Made by a program: the position numbers and the translations under genes | Source: an uncultured Planctomycetia bacterium | Lineage (GTDB): Bacteria; Omnitrophota; Gorgyraeia; JABMRN01; RBG-13-46-9 | Length of the DNA stretch: 61,488 nt | Direction: 5' to 3' | NCBI GenBank assembly: GCA_964440235.1 | Contig: CAYTQI010000002.1 | Location: forward strand, 36,686-98,173 | The notes under the pieces: generated by a model | Databases searched by the model: none | The model's input: the letters and a program-made list of their open reading frames with translations, nothing else | What the model was told of the DNA's origin: nothing | Shown here: positions 61,147 to 61,488 of the stretch, in pieces | How positions within the stretch are numbered: the stretch's first letter is position 1 | Layout of the letters: each line of letters opens with the position of its first letter

Positions 61147-61378
61147 AAAAGCTTTAAAACGCGTTTACGCCAGGGAGAGCCTCTTTTCTCTTTTAAACTT
61201 TCCGCTAAATAGCCGGTAAGAAAAATACCCCGGAATGTCGAAGCCCCATAGAAATCCTCTCTTCGCGGGCGATTTTTATTATCAGTTTATTGGCGGAACG
61301 CCGCCCGCGCCGCCTTTTCTTACACGCTTTTTACGCGCTTTTTCGTTGCTTTTTGCATATCGTAATGATATATTAATA

Positions 61379-61387
61379 TGCTATAAT
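61379..61387 (+). promoter_or_regulatory. Extended -10 promoter for tRNA-Pro
   Basis: TG-c-TATAAT 26 nt upstream of the tRNA. Confidence 0.6.
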
Positions 61388-61412
61388 CCTGGTGTATAAG
61401 CAGGCAGAAATT

Positions 61413-61488
61413 CGGGAAGTAGCGCAGTTTGGCTAGCGCGCTTGGTTCGGGACCAAGAGGTCGCGGGTTCAAATCCCGCCTTCCCGAC
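61413..61488 (+). tRNA. tRNA-Pro (anticodon CGG), last bases cut by the window end
   Basis: Acceptor CGGGAAG/CTTCCCG, anticodon stem CTTGG/CCAAG with loop TTCGGGA, T-loop TTCAAAT. Confidence 0.96.

Noticed and set aside
61150-61360. Small minus-strand ORFs in the fadL-tRNA spacer (for example MQKATKKRVKSV)
   Set aside because: They are very short, lack an RBS, and are explained by the phased T-tracts.

Overview
A gene-dense, mostly housekeeping chromosomal segment of a diderm bacterium (lpxA, two beta-barrel outer-membrane proteins). My unverified impression from gene content and protein style is a PVC-superphylum member, probably Omnitrophota (OP3). All 52 supported CDSs and 3 tRNAs (Pro-GGG, Arg-CCT, Pro-CGG) lie on the + strand. 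Content: gpsA; a threonine/aspartate-family cluster (hom, thrC, tRNA-Pro, apgM-like, cstA, lysC, cimA); valS, rluB, nadC, uvrB, birA, coaX; CIRCE-controlled groES-groEL; guaB3, dnaE, HU, hisS, aspS; a phoH-HD-ybeY-dgkA-recO-glyQS-ppdK-sigma-apt block; porin, lpxA and M48 genes; and an FMN-riboswitch-led riboflavin operon whose RibD has only the deaminase domain. No integrase, transposase, phage gene or CRISPR array was seen. The best candidate for an undescribed system is two large orphan modular proteins (<3-4280 and 25164-28505). They carry cytoplasm-type cargo domains: HTH/wHTH, a Cys-His-Asp papain/transglutaminase-like motif, a SAM methyltransferase, a CheD/YfiH/CNF1-like Cys-His motif, and tandem RNA polymerase alpha-CTD-like repeats. 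The complete one has a Sec-type signal peptide, and these two are the only proteins here ending F-[ST]-x-A-A. This suggests a family of exported multi-effector proteins with a C-terminal sorting tag. Secondary signals are a 62-bp in-frame palindrome inside coaX, dispersed palindromes and 7-nt-period insertions in housekeeping genes, an inverted repeat enclosing tRNA-Pro with a decayed partial copy downstream, and a ~110-nt structured RNA candidate ahead of the porin.
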